This document shows positions 26,788 to 38,999 of a stretch of 64,000 nucleotides of DNA, piece by piece (position 1 is the first letter of the stretch; every line of letters begins with the position of its first letter). The notes under the pieces are model-generated. The model ran no database searches, had not been told where the DNA came from, and saw nothing but the letters and a program-made list of their open reading frames with translations. Source of the DNA: Takakia lepidozioides (taxonomy: Eukaryota > Plantae > Bryophyta); assembly GCA_030704615.1 (NCBI GenBank), contig CM060732.1:59024001-59088000 (forward strand), read 5' to 3'. The translations under genes and the position numbers were made by a program.

Positions 26788-29700
26788 ATGACAGAAGCTC
26801 AAGCTAAACATGTAGTATGTCGGTGCTCCTACAAGTGCATGCATTTCCCTCCTGGATTTGCACGGGAGCCTGAAAGGACGTTCTACAACCATGAGCAATG
26901 CTCAAAGACAGGTAAGGTCCATGCGATAGTGAGGAGGCTTCAAAGAGTACCGGAACCATCATCCACTCCAGTCCAAGATGCTGCACAAGTGCCCAACAGG
27001 CTGGGGCACGTGATTGCAGATGCAGGGGTGCATCGAGAAGTGGTCGAAGAGGGTACGCCTGGAACAAGCTTTGGACAAAAATTTCCATGCTATTGTGCAA
27101 GGTGCAAAGGGGCTCATATGTCAAAGAAGACTATATACAGGCATATGAATTCTGAAGACGTATTTGTGAATGAGTTGGAAGAGGAAGCCCTCACAGCACC
27201 AATTCTTGACCCTCAAGACAACACATCTTCAGAAGGTGCACATGGCCCTTCTTCTAGTGAGGAACATCCATCTTGCGAATTCGACCTTCAAGGGAGCATG
27301 TCCTCAGGTTCACCTGACCCTTCTTCTAGTGAGGCACCTCCATCTTGTGAAGCTCGAGCTTTAACCCTGGAAGAAGCCCTTACCAACAAAATCGTAGAGC
27401 TTCACGACAAGTGGGACGAGAGTCACGTACCCCATAATCTGCAAGACTTCATGTTACACGAATTATTTGGCTCATTGCAGGAAGAGCCCAAAGTTCTCGA
27501 AGATGGAAGTGTCAATTACAGTGCCTTATCAACTGGCAGATTGTTGACAATGGTTGGTTCAGAGGGATTCAGGGGGTTTGTACCACCGACTTCATGGAAA
27601 AAACTTCGTCACTTGTATAAAGGGTTGGGTTGGTAGTGAGAGAGAGGTGGCGTTTGTAACCTGGGGACACAGAAACACCACATGCTCCCCACCTCATGCC
27701 ACCTAGTGATGAGGATTCATACGAAGGCTCTGAGATGGTGCCTTGTAGGTGTGAGCCTACTTCTGGAAAGAAATTTAAAAGGGACTGCGCAAGATATTCT
27801 GACAGGTGTCCAATCTGCTCACAGATGAGGAAAGACATCCTAGCTTTTGACTACATACCTATTGGACCGCTGCTAGCAAGCCTATGCAAAAGTAGGACCA
27901 TTTGTGAAAAGATGTTGAGTACGTGGAGGGCCAGGGACAGATGGTTGGGAAAAGATTCTAGTTTTTCGCCAGAGCATATCAAAGAGCATTTTGATGGGAG
28001 CAAGTTTCGTGAATACCAGGCCTTCTGGAACCCAGAGGCAGAGTGGGAGGCCCCTGTAATATGTCCCAATAAGAATTGTTCCTATGTGTTCAGGACATTT
28101 CCTGCATCTAAAAAGTGCAAGGAAGTAATTCAACATTGGGATTCAGAGACAGACCACTACACCTTCGCGTGCTCGGAGTGTGCCAGTCAGATTCATGTCC
28201 CAAGGCGCATGTTGAAGGTAAGTCATTTGCAGTTCATATTGATATATATTTCTTTGCTTCCAAGCCGTAGGTGTGTCCTTATTTAATATGTATCTTTGGT
28301 TCTTTGAAATGTTTCCAGGTCCAATTTTAATCTTGTTTGATCCACGCAATTTCGGATCGATGCTGCATTGGGATGGTTTTTCGACAGCAAAGACAAGTCC
28401 CAAGAGCTGCTGGACTGTGGACGTGATGATATAGAATTTTGGTAAAGACAACACAATGGATCATTTGCCTGTCATGTTCATTCCTACGAGCTCAGAAAAG
28501 TTAATCCAACAAGATGATGGCAACGTGTTGACAACATTCTTGGAGCCTCTGATGACAGATTTGGAACGTATGTTTGTGGATGGATTCCCAGTCCACTACT
28601 CATATCCTGTGGGATTCATTAGCGAGCACCTTTCCAATGCCGATTCAATTACCTTGAGGGCCATGCTAATGGTTTGGACTGGTGACCACCCTGCTCAGTG
28701 CAAGGTGGGTGGAGTGAAGAGTGGGGGCTACTCAGGTTGTCGACGCCACTACATGGCATCTAGGTGGCAGGCTAGATCTACCAACAGGGGTTTGGTGGAG
28801 TACTCAGTACCATGACAACAGATTGCAGATGAGACACCCACATGACATGTGGCTTGCGGAAAACATGGCACTCTCCGTGAGAGAATGGCAGAAACTACCT
28901 GATGGCAGAAGAAAGGAAGAAGTTGCTCGTGAAGCAGGCATTTCAGGGAATTCATGTCTTTGGAGATTGTATGATTTATACGGCTTCGATGTATCTCGTG
29001 ATTTGACGTACGATGTCATGCACACCTTGGCGTTGTGTATATTCAAGAAGTACGTTCATATGCTGGTAAAATATGCCGAAGAAAATCGGAAGATGAAAGA
29101 TATAGAAGCTGTAATGCATGAGACCTGCAGGACTTGGGGCAAGGTGGCCGAGGAGTATAGAATCATTGGGATTCTACAAGGCAGAGGAGTACCAGATCTT
29201 CGTCATGTGGTGCTTGCCACACGTGTTGGATCATCTTAATCTGGGATTGGACTCTATTTTGGGTGGGATAGGTATGATCCTCACTGAGATTGGAAGGTTG
29301 TTTTACACACACAGTCGAAGGTATGGTTGGACAACTCAGAGCTTGAAGAATGCACGAGAGTTATTGGCAGCATGGCGTGTTCGCTTGGAAGAGAGTGTTG
29401 GGCCAAACTCTGCTCCGTTGGAACATGCTGCAGGTAAACAGTTCAGTTTTATTTGCATCAGATCTTGCATCAGATCTTACTGCTCTTGCCAAGGAAGTTA
29501 CATTGTTTTTGTTTGTGAAGTTGTTGTTTTGCAATCCGTTGAATGATGACAGGGTCATGTGTCTATCTCTATGTAAAATTCAAGGGTCATCTAATATGTG
29601 ATATGCCCTTGTATAGGGAGCGGAGAGCTATTGGATGATGTGGAAAGGCATGGATGCCACGACATTTTTTGGTGCTACTCATTTGAGAGCGAAGTTTCTA

Positions 29701-31051
29701 GGGTTGTGAACATCTCATCCAACCAGTTGAACAGTGAGGTCACTTACACCAATTACTATGCCAGGAAATGCTTCACAATGGTTCACAAGGCAGTCCATTT
29801 GGACCATGATGGATTGTTCCTGGATCGGAGAGCATTGAAACACGTGCACCAATACCTTCAAGTTCCCATGGATGTGCGCCGTGTGATGGGTGAGGATTTA
29901 ACAGTGTGTGAATCATGGCATGAAAACTGTGTGGTGGTTGTACCCTCTCAGGAAATTGCTCGAGTGGTTTGGAAGTTGGTGCAATGGCTGTCACCTTGTC
30001 CTTGCAAGCAAATCATCCTTGGGAAGGGCATCATTGTGGGACGAAAGAAAGCACTTCCAACACCAATCCTGGAAAACACGAGTTTGTACTTGCGGCAATT
30101 TTGGAGCAGCCTTGGCATTATGTCTAATGAGAACTCGCTACTCTTTCAGAGTTCAGTGCAAGGATTCACATTTCTGATGCTCAATGGGAAGGAATATCGA
30201 GTTGGTGATTCAGTGGTTGTTGAGCCTGATGAGGCTTATGAAGGCCACTCATGGACATGGAAGGCAAAGATCACCCGATTCTTCATTCACGAATTCTATG
30301 GTGACAAGAGGGTTTTCTTCCAAGGTGAGTACTACAATATAGCAATCTCGTCGTCATCATCTGTTGTGGCTCTCAAGGACAGCCGTACTAGTATGGTTGT
30401 CTTGCAACCATGTCCACAGAGGTGGCCTGGTAATGACATCAGACCCACGCACCTCCTAATGCACAAATTCATCCCACTCCCTATAGTAGTGCAAAATAGG
30501 GGCATATTGTTGCATATGAGTTGGAGGATATTTCACCCCAGGAGCATCTGTTCCAACCAGGAATGCCCGGCCGCTGCCCTCCTTACCCCGAAACAGGGGA
30601 TATAGTGATGGTCAGGAATAGTGGTTCCCAATCGTTCTCGGCGGCTGTGGTGAGGAGTGTGTCTGGACCCAGGTTCACAATAGTCTCTCCAGCTGAAGAA
30701 GAGAGTATGAGGAGAGAAATTGTAGCAGGGCCATTTGTGGAGCAGGATTATTTTGTTGGTGAGGTGGATTTAGGCATGCTGGAGGTTGTTGGCCGACGGA
30801 CTGGCATCCTCAAGCGGTACAAGCCCTCTGGAATCATCAGCACAAGATCTTGGCACTCTCTTGAAAGAGTGTTGCACAATGCCCAAGTTACACATCGTCA
30901 CAATGGGAACCTATTGAGTGGGCATGGCGAGACAGTTTGGTTTGCACCAATAGGTGAAAACAGGGTGCCAGTGTTTCTGCTGGTGCATATATTCATGCTG
31001 AATACTGCAATGAATAATGGGCTCTGCTTTGTATATGCCTTATTGCTATGA
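26788..31051 (+). mobile_element. Disrupted CACTA/CMC-type (Transposase_21-like) transposase with C-terminal BAH-like region
   Basis: CYCARC...TIYRH, FDYIPIGPLLASL, FDGSKF, LHWDGF, FLEPLMTDL...LMVWTGDHPAQ, DVMHTLALC, KAEEY, WCYSFESE; then YRVGDSVVV...WKAKITRFF. Introns, stops and frameshifts; termini not found. Confidence 0.8.
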
Positions 31052-31574
31052 TAAGAGCACTTTGGATAGTACCGTCCCCAATTTTGATCAAGAGCAGGAA
31101 GCAAAGGGGCGTCTTCTTGATATGGTGTGAAATTGGACATCCATTTCAATTATTTCAAGCTTTTTGTTATTGTTCATCTCTTTCACTGTTTTCTGCCTTT
31201 ACTTTCTACCGTGTGACCTTGGTGCAGTAAGGGAGGGGCCTACAGTAATAGTGGTCGAAACAACTTTATGCTCTTGATTATGATGTCAGTGCCAACCGTT
31301 CATCAACACCTAGTCCCTCCAACTACAATTTTATTAGCAACAAATTACATTGAGTTTTCATACTCTGGTGGATCTTGTACCCACAAGCAGCTTAGTAAAT
31401 GTGGGTGTCTGTGTAGCTCATGCTGTCAAGGATTTGTCACAGCTACTACAAATAGGGAACCGCCAAGGAGCACATTTTTCCCTCCACACCTCTTAAGATT
31501 CTCAGCTGGTCGGGCCCCTATCAATTTATGTTTGTGTGACTGGTGAATGGCATATGTAGATCAATGAGGATTGT

Positions 31575-32352
31575 GTGATGCACCAAGCAGATATCAAGCA
31601 GGAAATGGCTTTCATGTGATTGCGGCACATACGGACAGCCCTTGTCCAAAGCTAAAGCCAGGGTCAGCTTCAACCAAAGCAGGTTTTTTGAATGTGGGAG
31701 GTCAGACATATGGGGTGGGTTGTGGTACACTTGGTTTGATCGTGACCTCTTTGTGGTGGGGCGTGTCCTCTTTGAGAAAAGGAAAGGGTATTATGTACGA
31801 GCTTGTGAAGGTGGAGCGTCCTATCCTGCACATCCCTACCTTGGCCATCCACCTTGACAGGTCCTTACTTTCCCAATCTCTCATTTTCACTCGTTACCTG
31901 TCACATCCCACTTGATTCAAACCAATGCAAGATCTATGGTTGGAAGGCTTGGGCAAGCCAAGGTTAATTAGTTTCCTTTAGATCTCATGTCCCACATGGA
32001 GGACATATCCATCTTAGGCCGAGAGCTTCAAAAGTTGTGCCAGAATAAACTCATTTCTTTTAGTACGACATTCAAGGCTAACCCTTAATCAACACTCAAG
32101 CAGCCTGCATTAAGATGATTATGGGGATATATTCATAAGTTGGAGGGTGAAACTGCATGACCAGCTCTCATATTTCTTGCTGTTGACCCATGATACAGGA
32201 CTGTAAATACTGATGGGTTCAAGCCAAATTTGGAGACACATTTAGCACCAGTATTGGCAACCAAAATCAAGTCCGAGCTGTCTGGCCACACTGAGGGTGG
32301 CAATGGTGCCCTTTACACAATGAACAAGGCTAATCATTCACTTCTGCTGCAA
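31575..32352 (+). pseudogene. Aspartyl aminopeptidase (M18) internal exons
   Basis: GNGFHVIAAHTDSPCPKLKP, GGLWYTWFDRDL, PILHIPTLAIHLDR, then exon TVNTDGFKPNLETHLAPVLAT; frameshifted and partial. Confidence 0.85.
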
Positions 32353-32387
32353 GTCCCCCCCCCCCCCCTCTCTCTCTCTCTCTCTCA

Positions 32388-32433
32388 TAGACTACGACAA
32401 TCAACGTCTTATGAGTACATTCTCTCTCTCTCT
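32388..32433 (+). mobile_element. Extreme 3' end of a non-LTR retroelement between (CT)n tracts
   Basis: CTACGACAATCAACGTCTTATGAGTACATTCTCTCTC matches the 3' end of 58311-58845. Confidence 0.55.
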
Positions 32434-33399
32434 TTTGACTGAGGGTGGGGAGTCTAACTTCGAACAAAAAAACAGATGCAGAGAGGAAATGGAGATTGTC
32501 AATGTGTGGGCGGCCTTAAGACACTATCCATTTTTTGACACAATGTACAGGGTATTCTCATTAAAGAGCGACCGTCATCAGGCTATATTCAAGAACATAG
32601 TCCTTGCACCTCTGTTCACCATCTTTCAAAATCTTGAGACTGAGCCTAAAGCCCTGACTCTGTTGGGGTCTAATTGATGGGCAGATCACACGCAGCAGAT
32701 TGATGAGGGAGGTTTACTATTTCATGAGCGCATGAGCCCATGAGCCTATGAGCCTATGAGCTCATGAGCGGGCATCCGCGGATTTGGAATTTTCCTCCCT
32801 TTATTGACGGTGTTATGTCCTCTTACCTCGGTAATAGGGTCTGTTTCTCCTGGTCCAGGATGCGGAATGAGGTATTTCGGCGCCGTTATTCCCAAGAGCA
32901 GTGTGCTAAAATGGTGTTTTGAAGACATCCACCGGGGTATTTCGGCACCGAAATTACCTCTTAAAATGTGATATAGTGCGGTATTTAAAGGCGCAGAACG
33001 GGCTATTTCGACGCCGAAATACCCAAGTGGAATGTGCTGAAGTGCCTTGTGCTGAAGGCTTCCATCGCGATATTTTGGTGCAGTAATTCATCCGTGGAAT
33101 TTTTGAGGCCCATATAACGAAGGCGCGCACTGGGCTATTTCGGCGCCAAATTTCCCAATAGGAATGTTAGAAACGGCAGGGTTTTCATGGCTTCAAGTTC
33201 CCGGCTCGATGGTGTGCATAAATTACTTGTAGGGTTCTTCACTGAAGTTTGCGTCTCTTCTGCTTTTATTATACATTTTGGTTGGCGGAAGAAATGTAGG
33301 GAATCGGACAAGCAGTCTGAACACAATGATTTTTCAAATCGTCAATATTTTCATTAAGTGTTTCAGAACTGTACAACAAAAGGATCCAAATGAGACTTT

Positions 33400-36300
33400 G
33401 CTATGGTGAGGATCCGCTATCACTGTCCGATGCATCCCCGGCCTCATGCAAGGATGGCTGCCTTCCACCTGCCTCCGAACCTGCACTGCCGCTACCGCTA
33501 TTATTCTGAGAAGCCCTCCCCTCAAAAATACCATCCTCACCAGCCGGAACTGTCCACCTGGGTGCGGAAGTGTCCTCAACATTCCCCTTGCTCTCGGACG
33601 CGGATTCTATTACGAACTTCCCTACTCTGCCTTTCACAATTCTATGTTTGGCCTCACGCCTCATTATAATTCTCTGCTCATTCCCGTATGTCAATTGCTC
33701 TAACCGAGTAGGCCTATCTCCCTCCTGATGGCTTCTCTGGCAGCCATGTCTGCATAGGCTGGTAGAAAAAAGGGCTTCTGGGGACTCGCGAGAAACGATT
33801 TTCTGGCAAAGAATGGCCGATGCGATTCTGTCTCCTCCTCTGCAACAGGGTCCGATTCGGGCAAGTCTCCCAGCTTCTCCTCGTCGGACGACTCTGCAAG
33901 GCTGAGTGTACGCACAAACATAGAATGAAGTACATTAGAGAATTCAAACAGGGAATCATCAGCAGCAGGTTGCATGGTCCCTACAACCGAAACCAATACA
34001 CTTACTATGGTGCAACTCACTCGAAAACAGGCATTGGGGGAAGCGGCTTCGGGCGCCCCTGCATCGAACGAATTTCCGGACTTCCTCCTCTTCATCTTCC
34101 TCCTCCCCTTCCACGTCCTCTTCTGCATTTTTGGGATCCTCAGTCAAAGGCAGACGCTGAAGGCCCGCCAAATTGTAATCGTACAAGGCCGTATCCCCCT
34201 CAAATGAGAACACAAATCGGTTCGACATCCTTCCCGCCCACATACAGGCACCTGCGAATTCATACGACACAACCACAACCAAACTCAAGAATGAGTCGCT
34301 TCCTCGCACAAGCAAACATACACAAACGGAAATGGTGTCAATTTCGGTGCCGCATTCAATTAACGTTCTCACCTGTATTTGCAGTGACGTTGAGGACCCT
34401 GCCTTCAACATCCGTACACGTTTCCATGAGCGTCTGGATGAATGCAGGACTCCTGGTCCTGCCATACCTCCATGGCTTGCCCGACAAATCACAAAGAATG
34501 TCCTTCTCTCCCACATGGTTGAACAGGACGTTATACTCCAGTGGATCAACTGTGGAATCAACAAGTCTTCCTGCTTCACGTAATTTGAATTTCGAATATT
34601 CCTTCACGAAGCAAAATGCCTGAAAGATAAGAGTCTGCAGAGAAGGAAATGAAAACGTCAGAGGTGGCCTACATGTACAGGGGCAATTTCGGCACAGAAA
34701 TTGACATAGCAGAGGAGAACCACAACATACCTTCTGGCCATCGTTGAGAAGACCCTGCGTGTTGATGCAAGTCCAAATCTTTTTCAGGATGGGTGCTGCA
34801 CTTCTCCCCGTCCATACTTTGATATCATTCTCAGTGACTTCTCCATCGGCTGCTAGCACAACAACACAGCCAACGTCGTCCAACATGTTGGCTGCGAACC
34901 CGAATGTGTGGCTCCAGTATCTTTCGTCGTACTTGTTCCACCAGGGTACTGAGCCCAGCCCCAGTATCTCCTGCCCATCCGGGATATCCACAAGGATCAT
35001 GTCAATGGAGGCTTTCACCGCCCTGCCCCCGACTGTGCTCTTTTGCCGTGGCTCATCGCCACAAAATACTCCATCATCTTTGTGTAGCCAGGAGTGTCCT
35101 CCATATCATTGCCAGTGGCCTTCCTCTTCCCCTTCCCCTGGTGGGCCTCGATCGCCTTCCTCAATCTTGTTATCTCCAGCCTTCTGGTCAGAGCAGTTAG
35201 GAAATTTTCATTAACACACTCCACAATTGTGGGTGTTTTGAGGACTTCCCTGCCCGCAATGTGCACCGCACGGTAGGGTCTGCCAGGTGCATCCTCGTAT
35301 AGTGATCTCTTCGCAGCCGACCCCCCGGAGCGCTGGCCCTTGTGAATTTTCGGACGAGGTGTGGCCCCCTGGGTGTTTTCCTGCTGGAAATCGTCGTCGG
35401 AATCCTCCTCATCTGGCTGACTGTGTTGCTGCTTCTTCTTCTTGGGTGTGGGGGTCTTCGTCTCTTGCCCCGGTTTGCGCGTTCTTTTTTTCCTGTCCTT
35501 GGGCTGCTTAGCTGCCTGCTTCTCCATCTGCACCTTCGCCAACGCTGTCGCCTTGGCTGACTTTCTCAGTGCTTTCTGCTTGGCTGTCTCCTCTGCTTTC
35601 AGTCTTTCCGCGTCCTCTGGTTGGGGATCCGATTGCGCCTTCATAGCCCTGGCATTCGCTTCCTTCTTCAAGTTAACCTCCGAGAGGTCAACGGTCCCAC
35701 TTGGGAGATCCACATACCAGGGACAGTCTACCAAATGCTCGGCATGCCACTCCTTCGCCATTACTTCTGTGTACATTGTTCCACGACTCCAGGTGTCCTC
35801 CATGCCAGGAAGAATGGTGGAACCCTTTGAATGGCTCCGGACGGAATGAGTGCAAAGTTTATGTACCTGTAATCACGAGGAAATTCAACAAAAATCATTC
35901 TACCGATGCATCATGCAAGTGGAAGTTGTCAATGCACAAGGTATTTCGGCACCAAAATACGTAAGTGGACCGTGCCCCAATTACTAGAACTCACATCTTG
36001 CAGAGGTATATTTCGGCGCCGCAATATCCATCGCTGCTTAGCCAAATCATCTAAACTGCAAATAGGGGGATGCATTGGCAGCAGATTACCTGAACAGGAC
36101 ACGCATTGCCGCTTTGTCGGCACCCTCCTGCTCTTCGATGTATACGCTGCGTCTTGCCTTTGCAATTTCTCTGAAAAAGAGGTTTGCGAAGCGCCCTCGC
36201 CAGGACTGCACGTAGTTCTCCATTGTCTCAGGCTTCGTCCAATCGATCTGTAACTTGAAAGTGGTGGTGTTGCAGTCCAATTGCTCTTGGGCGTGGGTCA

Positions 36301-38335
36301 GTACCTGCAGCATGGCAGGTTTCCAAAACATTCATGATTTTGAAATTGCGACGATGTCCAACACAGAATAGAAGAAAATTATACCTGATGCCACCAAGTC
36401 ATCACATTGAGCCAGTCGTTCATTTTGTCATCTGTTGGCTCGATGGGAAAGTGGTACAGCAGCTTCGTGTTTGTATGGCCGTTCCAGATTCGCAGCCACC
36501 TCGTCTGCAGCCACCTCACATCGGTCAGACAAGAACTCCAACATAAGAATCGCGAGAAGTCACAAAACAAGAATAAACACATGCTTACCTTCTCCGCCGG
36601 CTCACACATGACACTGCGATGTGATGAAGTTTCTCCATGGACATTTCCGGTTTCATGGGTCTGGAGTAATGCAGTCCTATCTCCGCCAGGAACTCGGCAC
36701 CAAGACCAGGGTCAGCGATTGCAACTTGCTTAACAAGTTTGGACCTGTACTTGGTCCGGGATTGCCTCCCTGCCTGCACAATATGACTCTCTATCGACGC
36801 ATCCGCCTTGTTGGGGGCATCATTCTCAAAGAACTGCCTTTTGGCATAGGCCAAGTCATCCCTGATGTTCGTCTGCATTCCCATACCCAGCAGATACAGT
36901 CAGGCCACGGATCCCTGCAACAAATAGCATTAAATTGATACTGAAATTTGAGATGAACCTCACCGAATAGAGGATCTCCACCATGGCGTCTAGTGTTGGT
37001 CGGTACCAGGTGCGATCTGCTTTCGCTAGGGACTTCCTGTACAGCTCGGGATCGAGGGACTTTTGGAAGTCCGTCAGCGGAGCTGTCCCCACTTCTTGCA
37101 CTCTGTAGAGCGTATGTGCCAGATGAGTTTCCACGAAGGCCCTCTCTGTTACCCTGCCATGGAGAAAAAAAACAACATGAAAATATGATTTCGGCACAAC
37201 AATCCAATTTCCAGTTCAAAGAGTGCATGACAGTGGTGAACATTGCCTATTTCGGCGCCGCAATAGGTAGTACACAAGGATGTAATTGTATACTTACAGA
37301 TTTATATCCGCCATGGCACCCTTCAATAGTCCTCGGTCCCTGACGTCCACCTTCACGACAATGCAGTCCACCATGTAATGCCAACTGATATCTTGCGGAT
37401 GCATTTCAGCAATGTACTCTGTCCAGGCAAGCATCCTATGGTTCCCGTCCCAAACGAAGAACATCTTCCCTTCCATGTGTGCGAATGTGGGATTAGTCTT
37501 CAGATAGGCTTCAAACTCGGCATTAACAGTGTGCCAGTGGGGGCCCCAATTTTGAAGCTCCTCTGCAGTGGGGCCCCTTGTGACACCCTGGTCATTCTCA
37601 ATGGAAACGTAGAATGCTGCCGACCCCCGTCTGTATCCTTATCTGAAGTTGTGCTTCAGTCGATCGATATCCCCTGGCAGTGCTTGCCTTACAACTGGAA
37701 GGCTTACCATGCGACACAAAGGAACTTTGAGGTTCTCCGCATACACCATGGAGCCCAAAACGCGGCCTATGTTGCTATGAGTCTCTGCCAGCAACCTGTT
37801 TGCTGCTATGTTCATGTCTCGTGCGCTCATGAGCATACCCGCCACCAATTTCTTACTTCTATCACCTCTGTCACTTCCCTCACCCTCTCACCAACCTGTC
37901 TACTGTCCTGGAGGTTTTGTTCCTCGCAGCTCCAGAGGTTCTGATCGTCGCCAAGTCGTACCAGCAGGTTCTGATCGTCGCCAAGTCGTACCACGTTATC
38001 GTCCTCTCCTTCTGTCAGCTGAATGGGCCGCCCTTCTGCAGATCCGACTCCCACATCTCCAGCGGCCTCCACCGCATCTGTGTTTTCTGAAATTGACTGC
38101 AAACCCAATATCTCCGCTTCCAGTCTCCCTAGGGGTTTTACTGGCGAAGCCATGGGCTCCTTCTGCTTCCTCGGCTTCCGAACTCTAGGTGGGCTTTTCT
38201 GAGGCGATATCTGAGGTGTTGAATGAGGACTCGCTGCCTCGATGCACTTCCACCTTGTGAGCGCAGCACCCCGGCAGGAGTATCCAAAGTTGACTGTGTT
38301 GCCTCGCCCCCCTGCGATCCCTCCCCAGCTCCCAT
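33400..38335 (-). pseudogene. Multi-exon ParB/Srx-like + N6_N4_Mtase-like (beta-class) fusion gene (paralogue B), a few disabling mutations
   Basis: ParB-like VPLCRMVSLPVVRQALPGDIDRLKHNFR*GY...FFVWDGNHRMLAW (37294-37848); MTase SIDMILVDIPDG...YWSHTFGFAANMLDDVGCVVV...RSPAFIQTLMETCTDVEGRVLNVTANTG|ACMWAGRMSNRFVFSFEGD; GT-AG introns; acidic tail. End coordinates approximate. Confidence 0.7.
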
Positions 38336-38999
38336 GTCAAACAAACAGGAAAACATGAGACACTGCACGCAAAAAAAAAGGTGTAAAAGGAATATTGCGT
38401 ATGGAGTGCTTCACATCCGCGAAGCACGAATCTCTCACTGGTGGGCGATCCGAGTCTCCGGATAACGAGGTCTGCATTTCATGCATGAGACGGAGCTTAA
38501 GTCGTGTCGTCGGCGGCTTCCCAAAATCCCGCGTCCTCCTTCTTTGCCGGAGTCGCCTGACCTTCCACAAACTCTATGCTACCACTATGCCGCATAAGGA
38601 GAGGAAACGCAGGAGAATGTCACTGCAGAAGGGCAAGGAGCGAGAGAGCGAAGCGGTGGAACATGCAACCACTATGCACGAGCAGATGCGTAAGCAGCCA
38701 CGTCTCCCGAAGCGTTGCCACCGTCCACCACTTTCTGCCGTATGGGTGATGAAGAGATTGTGACCCCTGACACGTTCGCACGGATGAAGTCGACTGGAAC
38801 ACGACGCGTGCCAGTTCCAGCCACCAGTACAAGACGGTTTATCCGAATTGCGGCACCGAAATACCTTCCGTTCACCGGATGCTGTTCCCGGAGCAGCCGG
38901 CATTGAATGAAATATCCGCACATCATGAAACCCAACCGCCATGAAAATCCCCTGCCTATGACATTCAACACAGTCAGGTTCGTACGTTTCATCAGCGGA

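Noticed and set aside
25301-31253. CACTA...TAGTG termini around the CMC transposase
   Set aside because: CACTA at 25301 and a TAGTG near 31250 do not extend into matching inverted repeats, and no TSD is evident.
33400-38335. Bacterial or phage contamination as source of the ParB-MTase
   Set aside because: Spliceosomal introns at shared positions, several paralogues, and nesting with plant retrotransposons.
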